From NCBI GenBank assembly GCA_020632015.1, contig JACKGI010000003.1, positions 1,421 through 65,420 on the forward strand: a stretch of 64,000 nucleotides of DNA. The letters run 5' to 3'. The notes beneath the pieces are model-generated. The model saw nothing but the letters and a program-made list of their open reading frames with translations, made no database searches and was not told the DNA's origin. How positions within the stretch are numbered: position 1 is the first letter of the stretch; every line of letters starts with the position of its first letter. Positions 44,657 through 54,270 of the stretch are shown here, one piece after another. This stretch comes from Candidatus Nomurabacteria bacterium (GTDB taxonomy: Bacteria > Patescibacteriota > Minisyncoccia > Phycocordibacterales > UBA918). A program made the translations under genes and the position numbers.

Positions 44657-46201
44657 ATGTCCAAACCAAAATATTTTCTATATGCTCGCAAGAGCACCGA
44701 GGATGATGACAAGCAGGTGATGAGTATCGAAGCTCAGTTGTTTGAGCTTCGTGAGTTTGCTCGCAAAGAAAATCTTGAAATCCTAGTGGAGTTTCAAGAG
44801 TCAAAAAGCGCAAAGACACCAGGGCGACCTGTATTCAATGACATGATGCGGGCTATCGAGGAGCAAGAAGAAATCGGCATATTGGCGTGGCATCCGGACA
44901 GACTTGCTCGCAACTCGATAGATGGTGGTCGCATCATTTACCTTGTCGATCAGGGGAAGTTAGTGTCTATGCGCTTTCCGACTTTTTGGTTTGAACCTAC
45001 CCCGCAGGGGCTCTTTATGTTGCAAGTGGCGTTTGGCCAGTCGAAATATTACTCGGATAATCTCCAAGAGAATATTCGTCGGGGGATGCGCCAAAAACTC
45101 CGCCGTGGAGAGTGGTTGTGTAAAGCGCCGCTCGGGTACACAAACAATCCCAAGACCAGAAATATTGAGCCAGTTGGTTTTCAAGCGCGGGTGATAAAGT
45201 TAGCATTTGAAAAATACGCGAAGGGCGGAACTGGTCTTGAGGCATTGGCGGAGTTTATGGCGCATCATGGTATGACGACTCAGGAAGGAACGCCACTTGG
45301 CAAAGCTACCGTGAAGCGAATGCTTTCGAATCGGGCATATATCGGACTTACGAAACATAAGGGCGAATGGTTTCCCGGTAGCTTTGCACCAATTATTTCC
45401 TCGAAATTATTTGAAGACGTGCAACGAGCACTCAAAGTGCGCGAGAAGCCGCGGAAGCGCAAGGTACGACATGATTTTCCTTTTGCTGGACTTTTTCAGT
45501 GTGCGGAGTGTGGCGGCATGTTTACTGCTCAGTGGGCAACAGGGAAGACAGGGCAGCGGTATAGATACTATCGTTGCACTAAGAAAAAGGGAGTCTGTAC
45601 GCAAAAGTACTTGCGTGAGGAGGAACTTCTCGCGCAGATAAAAGATCGTCTTCAAAAAATTTCGCTTTGCGATAATGTGCTTGAGGAGTTGGAGCGTCAG
45701 CTCACAGAGATTGAAAAAGCAGAACATCAATCATCGCAAAGCGACCTCCAAAATCTTTCTGAAAGTATCAAAGCGGGTGAAGCGCGCTTGAATAAGTTGG
45801 TCGAGTCGTATCTCGATGGTGATATTCCAAAGGAGCTGTATGTACAGAAGAAAGACGAGATACTCCGCGCAAACACCGCTTTGCATGAAGAAATGAAAGA
45901 TTTTAAACGTCGAGGAAATACTTGGGTCGAACCCCTGCGCGAATGGATTTCAGATACTAAACAAGCCAATTTTTTAACAAACACAGAGGATCTTCAAGAT
46001 ATTCGTGTGTTTGTTGAAAAAATTGGAACGAACCCTTCGGTTCGTGACAAATCCGCGCGCTTCGGCGTGCCCGTCCTCTCGGAATTGGTCTTTGCGTACA
46101 ATACAAAAACCGATTTCATGCACACACAAACCCCTATCCGCTTTGCGGATAGGGGTCGTGGAATGAGTAATGTTTCAATTTGTGGAGATGGGGGGAGTTG
46201 A
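44657..46201 (+). CDS. Large serine recombinase (integrase)
   Basis: N-terminal resolvase domain (KYFLYARKSTEDDDKQVMSIEAQ), recombinase domain, zinc ribbon CAECGG...YYRC, coiled coil. The last ~52 codons read through repeat Y', and the TGA stop lies inside the ssrA T-arm. Confidence 0.9.
   Translation: MSKPKYFLYARKSTEDDDKQVMSIEAQLFELREFARKENLEILVEFQESKSAKTPGRPVFNDMMRAIEEQEEIGILAWHPDRLARNSIDGGRIIYLVDQGKLVSMRFPTFWFEPTPQGLFMLQVAFGQSKYYSDNLQENIRRGMRQKLRRGEWLCKAPLGYTNNPKTRNIEPVGFQARVIKLAFEKYAKGGTGLEALAEFMAHHGMTTQEGTPLGKATVKRMLSNRAYIGLTKHKGEWFPGSFAPIISSKLFEDVQRALKVREKPRKRKVRHDFPFAGLFQCAECGGMFTAQWATGKTGQRYRYYRCTKKKGVCTQKYLREEELLAQIKDRLQKISLCDNVLEELERQLTEIEKAEHQSSQSDLQNLSESIKAGEARLNKLVESYLDGDIPKELYVQKKDEILRANTALHEEMKDFKRRGNTWVEPLREWISDTKQANFLTNTEDLQDIRVFVEKIGTNPSVRDKSARFGVPVLSELVFAYNTKTDFMHTQTPIRFADRGRGMSNVSICGDGGS
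46047..46185 (-). repeat. 139-bp inverted repeat, right copy (Y'), which is the region immediately downstream of ssrA including its terminator hairpin
   Basis: Reverse complement of 44491-44629. Shares CCA with the 3' end of ssrA. Confidence 0.95.
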
Positions 46202-46576
46202 ACCCCCGTCCGAATCAGGGTGCGAATATGAGTCTACAGTGCGTAGTACATTCTTTGGTTTAAAGTAGCTAACTAGAGAATGAACAAAACACTAACTACT
46301 CGAGTTGTTACAATCTTGAAAACCTAAGACAACGACAAAGGTTTCCACAGTCTCGTAGCTATTCTACAAGTGTCAGCGTATGAGACGTTTACTGAACTTG
46401 CATCGCATCGGCGAGCGTAAGATTACGCTACAGCGGGTGCGAATCCGAACGCGTTAGCGTAAGGACTTGGTACTGCTTTGTTTGCATGTACAAGACGGAA
46501 CCTTTTAACGAATTGATTACCAGTTTTCGACACTGCACACATCCGACACGACTAACCGTCGATGCCTAGCATCCCC
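46183..46576 (-). ncRNA. ssrA: tmRNA (SsrA)
   Basis: 5' GGGGAUGCUAGGCAUCGACGG. 3' GGACGGGGGUUCAACUCCCCCCAUCUCCA. The acceptor pairs GGGGAUG/CAUCUCC with G3-U. Predicted tag reading frame 46485-46423 gives ANKAVPSPYANAFGFAPAVA*. smpB lies nearby. Confidence 0.9.
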
Positions 46577-46623
46577 AGAGTGGTTGTGGACGGGAATTTT
46601 TTCGGAGAAAAATTCCCGTCTTA

Positions 46624-46652
46624 ATCATAAGCACTCTGGGAATGGTGTACAA
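46624..46652 (-). promoter_or_regulatory. Putative ssrA promoter (TTGTAC-N17-TATGAT)
   Basis: On the minus strand: -35 at 46652-46647 and -10 at 46629-46624. A leader hairpin gacgggaattttt...aaaaattcccgtc precedes the mature 5' end. Confidence 0.45.
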
Positions 46653-46696
46653 AATATTTAGTTACAGAAAGGTGGTGGGGAGGTGACTCCCCTAGA

Positions 46697-46858
46697 CTAC
46701 CAGCCGGTCCACGGCTCGTCATCGACAGAGCCTTGTGACTTGTTGGCGTCTCGGACAAGACGTTCCCAGTCCTTGTCAATTATTCTGTCGTTATTCTTGA
46801 CAGACGGTTCGTCTTTTTGTTTTTTTGAAGTTTTTTCATTCTTTTGAACTTTTTCCAT
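46697..46858 (-). CDS. Hypothetical small charged protein (53 aa)
   Basis: AAGGAG lies 5 nt upstream of the ATG at 46858. No family recognised. Confidence 0.4.
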   Translation of the reverse strand: MEKVQKNEKTSKKQKDEPSVKNNDRIIDKDWERLVRDANKSQGSVDDEPWTGW

Positions 46859-46921
46859 GTGCACTCCTTGTGCCTGTGATGTGATTCGGGACAATTCCCG
46901 TACTACCTTTCTGTAACTAAA

Positions 46922-47368
46922 TTATTGAGATTTCAAGGTTCGATCGATATCGCGTTTTGTGTCGCGAGCTTTCAGAGTTTCGCGTTTATCAAACTTCTTT
47001 TTACCTCGAGCTAAGGCAAATTCAAGCTTTATTTTCCGGCCAGCATTATACAACTTAATTGGTACTGCTGTCAAACCAGCTTTCTCAGTTTGTTGCTCTA
47101 TATGAGCAAGTTCTTTTTTAGATAAGAGTAGTTTACGAGTTCTTTCAGGGTCATAATTCTTAGGAGTATTGGCTGGTTGATAGGGTGAAATACTGGTCCC
47201 TACCAAGAACGCCTCTCCACCTCGAATAATAACGTGAGCCCCTTCCAGCTTGCCTTTGCCTGCTCTGATTGATTTGGCCTCAAAACCTTGTAGCACCAAA
47301 CCCGCTTCGAATGTCTCGAGGATTTCAAAGTTGAAGTGAGCTTTACGATTTTGTATATACGCTTTCAT
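46922..47368 (-). CDS. smpB: SsrA-binding protein SmpB
   Basis: IQNRKAHFNFEILETFEAGLVLQGFEAKSIR...GRKIKLEFALARGKK. Confidence 0.95.
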   Translation of the reverse strand: MKAYIQNRKAHFNFEILETFEAGLVLQGFEAKSIRAGKGKLEGAHVIIRGGEAFLVGTSISPYQPANTPKNYDPERTRKLLLSKKELAHIEQQTEKAGLTAVPIKLYNAGRKIKLEFALARGKKKFDKRETLKARDTKRDIDRTLKSQ

Positions 47369-47412
47369 GTAAGTATTGTACTCTAGCAATGATACAATAA
47401 TGATTCAAGACA

Positions 47413-48327
47413 ATGATTTTTGAAGGAGAACATTCTGTCATACAGGCAATCAAAGAAAAAAAGAATCTCATGGATTCTGGAGAGCCACATGAACACCTGC
47501 GGATTTTATGTATTCAAGGCGGTGGTCTTATGCGTGGCGTGTATGGTGTGGGAGCAGCTCTAGCTCTAGAAGAAATGGGGCACACTAATACTTTTACTTC
47601 TTTGGTGGGTATTTCGTCAGGCGCGCCCATTGTCGCGCATTTTGCTGCAGGCACAACTGCTGAGGGGTTGTCGCTATTGATGGAAGACTGCTGTGATCCT
47701 GAGTTTGTTAATCCTTGGCGTTTTTGGAATCAAGTTAATTCAAAGCACTTTATTGATGTGGTCAGGAGTCATCCGAGGAAAAAAATTGATATCAATAAAG
47801 TATTTGCGAATCCTGCCCAAGTATATTTCGGTGCGGCAGAATACAAGACAGCTTTGCCTAGGTTGTTGTTCCCAAGAAATGAAGATCATTTTTTCAAATG
47901 TATGCATGCTTCGATAAATATGCAAAACGTGTCCCCTTACAAAATCATCATTGATGGTATTCACTATGCTGATGGGGGATTTTCTAATCCGCATGTAATT
48001 TCTGAAGCGATACGAACCCTTAACCCGACCCATGTTTTAATTATTGCTAATAACGATCGTGACTTCACGCCAATTTCAAAAGTAGAAAGACTGCTAAACA
48101 GAACAATTTTTAGATTAAGATTAAACGGTATCATGGCTCAAGCTATAAATACTAGAAGAGAGGCGCGTGACCAAGCAATTACTGAGGCTATGGAAAGTGA
48201 AGTTAAAACCGCTGTTGTTTGGGGTGATGGCTCTATAAGTGGCATGGAAAAGAACGCCAGAAAAATTGAATCAGCAGTAGAAGCTTCTCGCATGTGGTGG
48301 CATGGACTTTTTGCGCTAGAAAAATAG
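47413..48327 (+). CDS. Patatin-like phospholipase
   Basis: GGGLMRG oxyanion motif, GISSGA (GxSxG), YADGG (DGG). Confidence 0.85.
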   Translation: MIFEGEHSVIQAIKEKKNLMDSGEPHEHLRILCIQGGGLMRGVYGVGAALALEEMGHTNTFTSLVGISSGAPIVAHFAAGTTAEGLSLLMEDCCDPEFVNPWRFWNQVNSKHFIDVVRSHPRKKIDINKVFANPAQVYFGAAEYKTALPRLLFPRNEDHFFKCMHASINMQNVSPYKIIIDGIHYADGGFSNPHVISEAIRTLNPTHVLIIANNDRDFTPISKVERLLNRTIFRLRLNGIMAQAINTRREARDQAITEAMESEVKTAVVWGDGSISGMEKNARKIESAVEASRMWWHGLFALEK

Positions 48328-48371
48328 CAAATCATGGCGTTTCGGGCCGTTTTCTGTATAATAGCCCACAT

Positions 48372-50471
48372 ATGAATAAGCCTGAAAATACTGAAAAAAC
48401 AAAGGGTGAAGTGCCTGAAAATTCTAGTAACTCACCCGAAATGCCAGAAGTTAAAACAGATTCTAATAAAAAAGAATCACCTTCACCGATTCCTAAAGCC
48501 GACAATACAAAAAAGATTGGTGGCAATTTGCGACAAGCAGGTAAAAAGATGCCTATTGGTCCCGGAAACTTCTGGAACAATATGCTTTCTACCTTGCTGT
48601 TACTAATCTTTGTTACTGCGGTATTCTCATATATAACCGAAAATAAAGTTGTTCCAGAAGAGTTGACTATTACCGATGTGGTTGGTCAGGTGAAGGCCGG
48701 TGAGGTTGATACTATTATCGTTCGTGGCGCTTCGCTAGAAGTTAGCTACAAGGATGAAACCAAGAATCCTGGTGAAGCCAAGAGGGAAGTTGATGCTTCA
48801 GTTACTGAATCGCTAACTAACCTTGGTGTTACTGCCGAAGAGTTGGCCGGTATCACAATCGACGTTCAGCGTGAGACAGGTTTCTTGTTTTGGTTTGGTC
48901 AATTCGCTCCATTTTTGTTTCCGTTAATCTTGCTTGGAGTAATAATCTGGTTCTTCACTCGTTCAGTTAAAGGCGCTGGTATGCAGGCTATGAGCTTTGG
49001 CAATTCTAAAGCTAGGATGATTGATCCAAACGATGCAAATCAGAAGGTTACATTTAAAGACGTGGCAGGTGCTAAAGAAGCTAAACAAGAACTAGAAGAA
49101 ATTGTTGATTTCCTAAAGAACCCCAAGAAGTTTTTGGACATTGGTGCAGAAATTCCTAAGGGTGTAATGATGATGGGTTCTCCGGGTACAGGAAAGACAC
49201 TGCTTGCTCGAGCGGTCGCAGGGGAGGCTGGAGTACCTTTTTACTCAATCTCAGGTTCTGAGTTTGTGGAAATGTTTGTTGGAGTTGGTGCGTCTCGAGT
49301 GCGTGATTTGTTCAATATGGCCAAGAAGTCTGCACCATCTATTATCTTTGTGGACGAGATTGATGCTGTAGGACGGGTTCGAGGAACAGGAGTTGGGGGA
49401 GGAAATGATGAGCGAGAGCAAACCCTTAACCAAATTCTAGTAGAGATGGATGGATTCGAGCCAAATGCAAAAGTTATTGTAATGGCTGCTACCAACCGAC
49501 CTGATGTGCTTGATCCTGCTCTTCTTCGACCAGGGCGATTCGACCGCCGAGTTACTATTGATTTGCCAGACCGAAAAGATAGAGAAGAGATACTTAAGGT
49601 CCATGCACGAAAGAAGCCTCTGCAAGAAGATGTAAATCTAGAAATTATTGCACAAAGAACACCTGGTTTTTCTGGAGCAGATTTATATTCACTTATGAAT
49701 GAGGGAGCGATTCTAGCTGCACGTGAAAAGCGAAAGAAGGTAGGTCAATTTGATTTGATTCGCTCAATTGAAAAGGTGATGCTTGGTCCTGAGAGAAAGA
49801 GTCATGTGCTTTCAAAACATGAAAAGTTGGTAACAGCATACCACGAAGTGGGTCACGCTTTGGTTGCGTCGGTATTGCCATATGCTGATCCTGTTCAAAA
49901 AATCTCTATCATTTCACGAGGAAGAGCTGCTGGATACACAATGAAACTTCCAGATTATGACCGTCGTAGTCATACAAGAAAAGAATTTTACGATGATATC
50001 GCTATGACACTAGGAGGTTATGTAACTGAGCAGATGATTTTTGGAGACCTTTCAACAGGACCTTCCAATGATCTACAGGTAGTGTCTAGCTTGGCTAGAG
50101 ATATGGTGACAAAGTATGGAATGAGTGAAAAACTAGGACCAGTTGCATTTGAGAACTCGAGTGATTCATCACAGATTAAAAAGTATTCACCTCAAGTTGC
50201 AAAGGATATCGATGACGAAGTGTCTCGAATTATCGACGAAGGTATGGAAAGAGCGAGAGAAATATTAATTCGACACAAAAGTGCTTTAGAAGCTATCTCT
50301 AAGAAACTCATGGAAGTAGAAACCCTAGAAAGAGATGAGTACGAAGCATTGCTGAAACAACATGGTGTTGAAATTAAAGACGCTTACGAAGAAATGTACA
50401 AAGAAGACGAAAAAGTTGGTGATCCAACTAGAGGTTTGGAAATAAAACCGGAAGAGCATCGGCCTCGTTAG
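48372..50471 (+). CDS. ftsH: ATP-dependent zinc metalloprotease FtsH
   Basis: Walker [12 protein letters not shown] region, HEVGHAL zinc motif. ATG at 48372 chosen. Confidence 0.96.
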   Translation: MNKPENTEKTKGEVPENSSNSPEMPEVKTDSNKKESPSPIPKADNTKKIGGNLRQAGKKMPIGPGNFWNNMLSTLLLLIFVTAVFSYITENKVVPEELTITDVVGQVKAGEVDTIIVRGASLEVSYKDETKNPGEAKREVDASVTESLTNLGVTAEELAGITIDVQRETGFLFWFGQFAPFLFPLILLGVIIWFFTRSVKGAGMQAMSFGNSKARMIDPNDANQKVTFKDVAGAKEAKQELEEIVDFLKNPKKFLDIGAEIPKGVMMMGSPGTGKTLLARAVAGEAGVPFYSISGSEFVEMFVGVGASRVRDLFNMAKKSAPSIIFVDEIDAVGRVRGTGVGGGNDEREQTLNQILVEMDGFEPNAKVIVMAATNRPDVLDPALLRPGRFDRRVTIDLPDRKDREEILKVHARKKPLQEDVNLEIIAQRTPGFSGADLYSLMNEGAILAAREKRKKVGQFDLIRSIEKVMLGPERKSHVLSKHEKLVTAYHEVGHALVASVLPYADPVQKISIISRGRAAGYTMKLPDYDRRSHTRKEFYDDIAMTLGGYVTEQMIFGDLSTGPSNDLQVVSSLARDMVTKYGMSEKLGPVAFENSSDSSQIKKYSPQVAKDIDDEVSRIIDEGMERAREILIRHKSALEAISKKLMEVETLERDEYEALLKQHGVEIKDAYEEMYKEDEKVGDPTRGLEIKPEEHRPR

Positions 50472-50473
50472 AT

Positions 50474-50524
50474 GAGGAGAATAAAAAGGCGCGGTCGTGA
50501 GACCGCGCCTTTTTATTCTCCTCG
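50474..50524. terminator. Long bidirectional terminator palindrome
   Basis: gaggagaataaaaaggcgcggtc-gtga-gaccgcgcctttttattctcctc. Confidence 0.8.
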
Positions 50525-51217
50525 GCCAAATCTCCCAAGGTATTCAATATTTGTCACTAAACCATCTTCCATGTGAATGATTCGGTTGCATCCCATGGCG
50601 TATTCTCGTTCGTGAGTAACCATCACCACAGTCTGGCCATGGTTTTTATTTAGAGAGGTAATCAGGTCTACAACTTGAGTACCAGAAACAGTATCAAGGT
50701 TCGCTGTCGGCTCGTCGGCAAAGAGAATTTTTGGCTTGCCTGCGATTGCTCTTGCTATAGCAACTCTTTGTTGCTCTCCACCAGATAATTCACTAGGTAA
50801 GTTTGGATATTTCCCAACCATACCAACTTCATCAATTGATTTTTTTGCTTGGAGTTTTGCTTCTTCCCAAGGCATGCCTTTCATCAAAAGGGGAATCATG
50901 ACATTTTCTTCGGCACTTAGGTCTGGTACAAGAGCGTAATCTTGAAATACGTAACCTAGAGTATTTAATCTAAACTCCGTTTTTTCACGTTCATTTAAAT
51001 CTACTACTTCAGTACCATCTATCTCTACGGTTCCTTCTGTTGGTTCATCAAGAACAGAAAGCTGATACATCAGAGTGGATTTACCAGCGCCAGACTTACC
51101 CATGATTGCCACAAACTCACCTTCTTCTATAGAGATATCAATACCTTTTAGGACATGCGTAATAAGCTTATCTTTTCCAAACTTTCTATGAATATTTTTC
51201 GCTACAATTATTGACAT
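50513..51217 (-). CDS. ABC transporter ATP-binding protein (MacB/LolD/FtsE-like)
   Basis: GKSGAGKST, LSGGEQQRVAIARA, LFADEPT. Confidence 0.92.
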   Translation of the reverse strand: MSIIVAKNIHRKFGKDKLITHVLKGIDISIEEGEFVAIMGKSGAGKSTLMYQLSVLDEPTEGTVEIDGTEVVDLNEREKTEFRLNTLGYVFQDYALVPDLSAEENVMIPLLMKGMPWEEAKLQAKKSIDEVGMVGKYPNLPSELSGGEQQRVAIARAIAGKPKILFADEPTANLDTVSGTQVVDLITSLNKNHGQTVVMVTHEREYAMGCNRIIHMEDGLVTNIEYLGRFGRGE

Positions 51218-51220
51218 AAA

Positions 51221-52468
51221 TTATTTCCTACCAAGGATTGAGTTAAGGGTGTTTTGTTTGACGATAATCCAAGCAGGAATGAATCCTGCAATTAAAGTAA
51301 TGATGAAGAGTACGACAAATTTAATGAATGTACTGTATGGGTCGGCCACCATGATCCCGTCACTAAAAGGGAAGCTAATTGGATTTCGGTCAAAGTAACC
51401 GATTAAGAAACCGTAAGTTACTAAAGCTCCAAGTAGGGAACCAGTCACTGCATAGAAAGCTGCTTGAATGACGTAAGCTACTTCAATAACGTGTCTGTCG
51501 ATTCCGATTCCTTTCAAAATACCAATGTGTCTTTTTCTAGAGAGAGCATTAATGAAAATAATAATGAAAATAGTTATGGAAGCTACTATAATACCAATAG
51601 AGCCAATGAAGGTGCCAAGTAAGTCGAAAGTGTTTTTAATGTCAGTCAAAAACTTTGGTACGTTCTCTTCGTAAGTTCTAATTTTTGCGAAATCATCCAA
51701 CCCGCTGTTTATTAGCGCCTCTTTTATCTCGGCGTTTCTGTCTGGGTCAACTACTCGGACTACTATTTGGTCGGCATTTCTATCTAGTCGATTAAAGAGT
51801 CTCCGAAACTCTCTCTCTGGAATAAAGGTGGTGAAGTTTACCTCATCAACTTTTGATTCAACTATACCTTTAACTTCAAACTCTTTGGAAATATTTCCAA
51901 CACTCAATCTAACGATTGAGCCCGGCTTAACATTTTCGACGGTATCAAATACGTCACCAAAGTTTTCTGCATATTCGGCTAAGAAATAAACACCAATCAA
52001 CATTTTTCCTTCGTCATCTGGAGACAAGTATTCACCATCAACTACTAGTTCAGATAGATGGGTCATCTCATCTTCCATGATTGGGTCTATTCCGGTAACT
52101 GTAACTGCAGCCGTATCTCTTTCTCCTGTTAAGTCACGACGCTCTTTGTAATTGGCTTCTAGTGTTCCGCCCCCGTCATATCGAACGGAGTAGGCAGTTA
52201 TTTCCGGAAACGATTCTAGTTCTCTTATGAATGTCTGAGTATCTAGTATCCTGTCTTCATCGTCTTTGGCTGAAATAATTATGTCACCAGTTGCGTATTC
52301 TCGTACAGCTACTTCTGCACCAGCAATTAAACCTACCAAAATTCCAGATACAGCTATTAGGTTTAAGAAGGTCAGCATCATCACGAAAATAATTAATGAG
52401 GTAGTCCAAAAATTAGCTCGCTGTATTTGGCGAAATCCCAGTAAGAGTCCGATGCGAAGCGCTCTCAT
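51221..52468 (-). CDS. ABC transporter permease (FtsX/MacB-type)
   Basis: N-terminal TM, large extracytoplasmic domain, three C-terminal TMs. Adjacent to the ATPase gene. Confidence 0.85.
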   Translation of the reverse strand: MRALRIGLLLGFRQIQRANFWTTSLIIFVMMLTFLNLIAVSGILVGLIAGAEVAVREYATGDIIISAKDDEDRILDTQTFIRELESFPEITAYSVRYDGGGTLEANYKERRDLTGERDTAAVTVTGIDPIMEDEMTHLSELVVDGEYLSPDDEGKMLIGVYFLAEYAENFGDVFDTVENVKPGSIVRLSVGNISKEFEVKGIVESKVDEVNFTTFIPEREFRRLFNRLDRNADQIVVRVVDPDRNAEIKEALINSGLDDFAKIRTYEENVPKFLTDIKNTFDLLGTFIGSIGIIVASITIFIIIFINALSRKRHIGILKGIGIDRHVIEVAYVIQAAFYAVTGSLLGALVTYGFLIGYFDRNPISFPFSDGIMVADPYSTFIKFVVLFIITLIAGFIPAWIIVKQNTLNSILGRK

Positions 52469-52475
52469 AAATTAC

Positions 52476-53981
52476 TCAAGGGGCAACTATAGTGTCGCCT
52501 TCATCTAGACCAGTTATGGAAACAAAACCATCATTTCCGCTTAGGATTACTTCAACTGTACTTGAGGCACTTATCCCATTTTTTTGAACGATAACCTCGT
52601 AGCCGGATTCAGTTTTGGTTAAAAATCTTTTCGGGATTCTAAGGCCATTAGCCTCTTCGCTAATTATTATTTCTATGTCAGCGTTTAGACCGCTACGAAT
52701 CCAGGCTGGTATCTCGTCTAATTGAATTATTGCTTCGTAGTACGCAACGCCGTCGATTTCTGTAGCCTTAAGTGAAATAAAACTGATTTTGCCTGTAAGT
52801 ATTTCTCCGTTCTTTGCGTCAAATAGCATTTCAACCTTTTGTCCGACCAGAAGTTTGCCGATGTCTATTTCTGGTATTCGTGCAGTTACTTCAAATTCGT
52901 CGCTTGCCAACAAGGTAGCTACTGGAGCAGTTGTTACAGTTTCGCCCGGAAGTATGTCTATCTCAGTGATCACACCAGCAAATGGCGCGGTCAGAGAACG
53001 GTCAGCAATTGTGGAATCAATTCGCGCTATTCTAGCCTTTGCTTGTGCAATTGATGCGTTTGCTCGAGCAACGGCTTCGCTTCTGGCTGGTGCGTTTTGG
53101 TTTGTGACATCAGCTTTGGCCAACGAAAGAGCTTTCTCGGCTAGTGAGATAGCGCTTGCAGATTGGCTAACAGCAAGTAAGTAGGCATTTCTGTTAGCGG
53201 TGTATTGAGAAGATTTCATGTTTGGAATGTCCACTCTCCAATTGCTGTTTGAATAATTTGATGACTGACTGAATTGGATTCTAAGCCCGCAATTACCCAG
53301 CGCACTTGGCTGGTCTGTAGAAATGGTGTAAGTGCCGTTTTCTAGTCCAGTCAATCTAAATGAATAACCAGACTCTGCTTTTGAACTGAATACTTCAATG
53401 TTGTATACACCTTCTGTGCCACAGGTATATGTTCCAGAGATAAGTGGTGGTACAGCATCATCGTTTGGATCTACAGAGTAGGCGGTTAAGTCTGTCGACA
53501 GAAGTGAGCGGTAGGCATTTTCTACTTTTTGCGCCTCAGTGTCCTTGGTAGTTTGTAGAGCCTCTTCCTTACTTAGGACTGTCTTGGCAGAGACGTCGCG
53601 AGCAGATAGAGTAGGTCCTTCTAGTAGTTCATCTCTATCAGCGATTGCTCTAGCTAATGAAGCTAGAGCGTCTTGTCTGTCAGCGTAAAGAGCTCTTGAA
53701 TCGAGAGTAATAAGTGGGTCTCCAGCATTTACTTCGTCACCTATTTTTACATGAACTGTTTCTACGATACCACTCACGGGAAAGGCGAGTTCGGCAGTTT
53801 GTTCTGCCTTAGCAATTCCTGAAACTGAGACAAGTTCTCTAACCGGACCTGATTCAACCTGTGTGGTGACCAAGACCTCTTTGTTTCTACTGCCAACGCC
53901 GTGAGCCATCAAAATAACGATGACGATTACTACTACAGCAATACCAATAAATGAAGAACGACTATGAAAAAGCTTAACCAT
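52476..53981 (-). CDS. Periplasmic adaptor / HlyD-family membrane fusion protein
   Basis: N-terminal anchor, lipoyl-like GDEVNAGDPLITLD, coiled coil, beta-barrel region. Shares an operon with the ABC genes. Confidence 0.8.
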   Translation of the reverse strand: MVKLFHSRSSFIGIAVVVIVIVILMAHGVGSRNKEVLVTTQVESGPVRELVSVSGIAKAEQTAELAFPVSGIVETVHVKIGDEVNAGDPLITLDSRALYADRQDALASLARAIADRDELLEGPTLSARDVSAKTVLSKEEALQTTKDTEAQKVENAYRSLLSTDLTAYSVDPNDDAVPPLISGTYTCGTEGVYNIEVFSSKAESGYSFRLTGLENGTYTISTDQPSALGNCGLRIQFSQSSNYSNSNWRVDIPNMKSSQYTANRNAYLLAVSQSASAISLAEKALSLAKADVTNQNAPARSEAVARANASIAQAKARIARIDSTIADRSLTAPFAGVITEIDILPGETVTTAPVATLLASDEFEVTARIPEIDIGKLLVGQKVEMLFDAKNGEILTGKISFISLKATEIDGVAYYEAIIQLDEIPAWIRSGLNADIEIIISEEANGLRIPKRFLTKTESGYEVIVQKNGISASSTVEVILSGNDGFVSITGLDEGDTIVAP

Positions 53982-54138
53982 GATGGATTAATTATAGCAG
54001 AATGCTAGACGTTTCTTTGCGAAGTTTTAGGTTCTAGGTGCCGGCGCTCTATTTAGTAGTGAGGTGATATGAAAGTTACTCTCTGAGTCTCCGTACACAG
54101 TTCAAGAAATATTTGCTTACAAACTGAGTTTAATTTTG

Positions 54139-54168
54139 TCCATCCACTAGGACTCGAACCTAGGACTA
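54139..54168 (-). pseudogene. 3' fragment of a tRNA (variable loop, T-arm, acceptor 3' strand UGGAUGG, discriminator A)
   Basis: uaguc-CUAGG-UUCGAGU-CCUAG-UGGAUGG-A. The acceptor strand is perfectly complementary to the 5' fragment at 54353-54390. Confidence 0.6.
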
Positions 54169-54197
54169 TTAGCTATATGGAAATGAAGTTTCCTGTG

Positions 54198-54270
54198 TCC
54201 GCCCGCCAGGACTCGAACCTGGGACCACGAAGGTATAAGCTTCGCGCTCTACCAACTGAGCTACAGGCGG
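54198..54270 (-). tRNA. tRNA-Ile(UAU)
   Basis: Manual cloverleaf: acceptor CCGCCUG/CGGGCGG, D arm GCUC-AGUUGGUA-GAGC, anticodon arm CGAAG-CUUAUAC-CUUCG, variable UGGUC, T arm CCAGG-UUCGAGU-CCUGG. CCA is not encoded. Confidence 0.8.
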
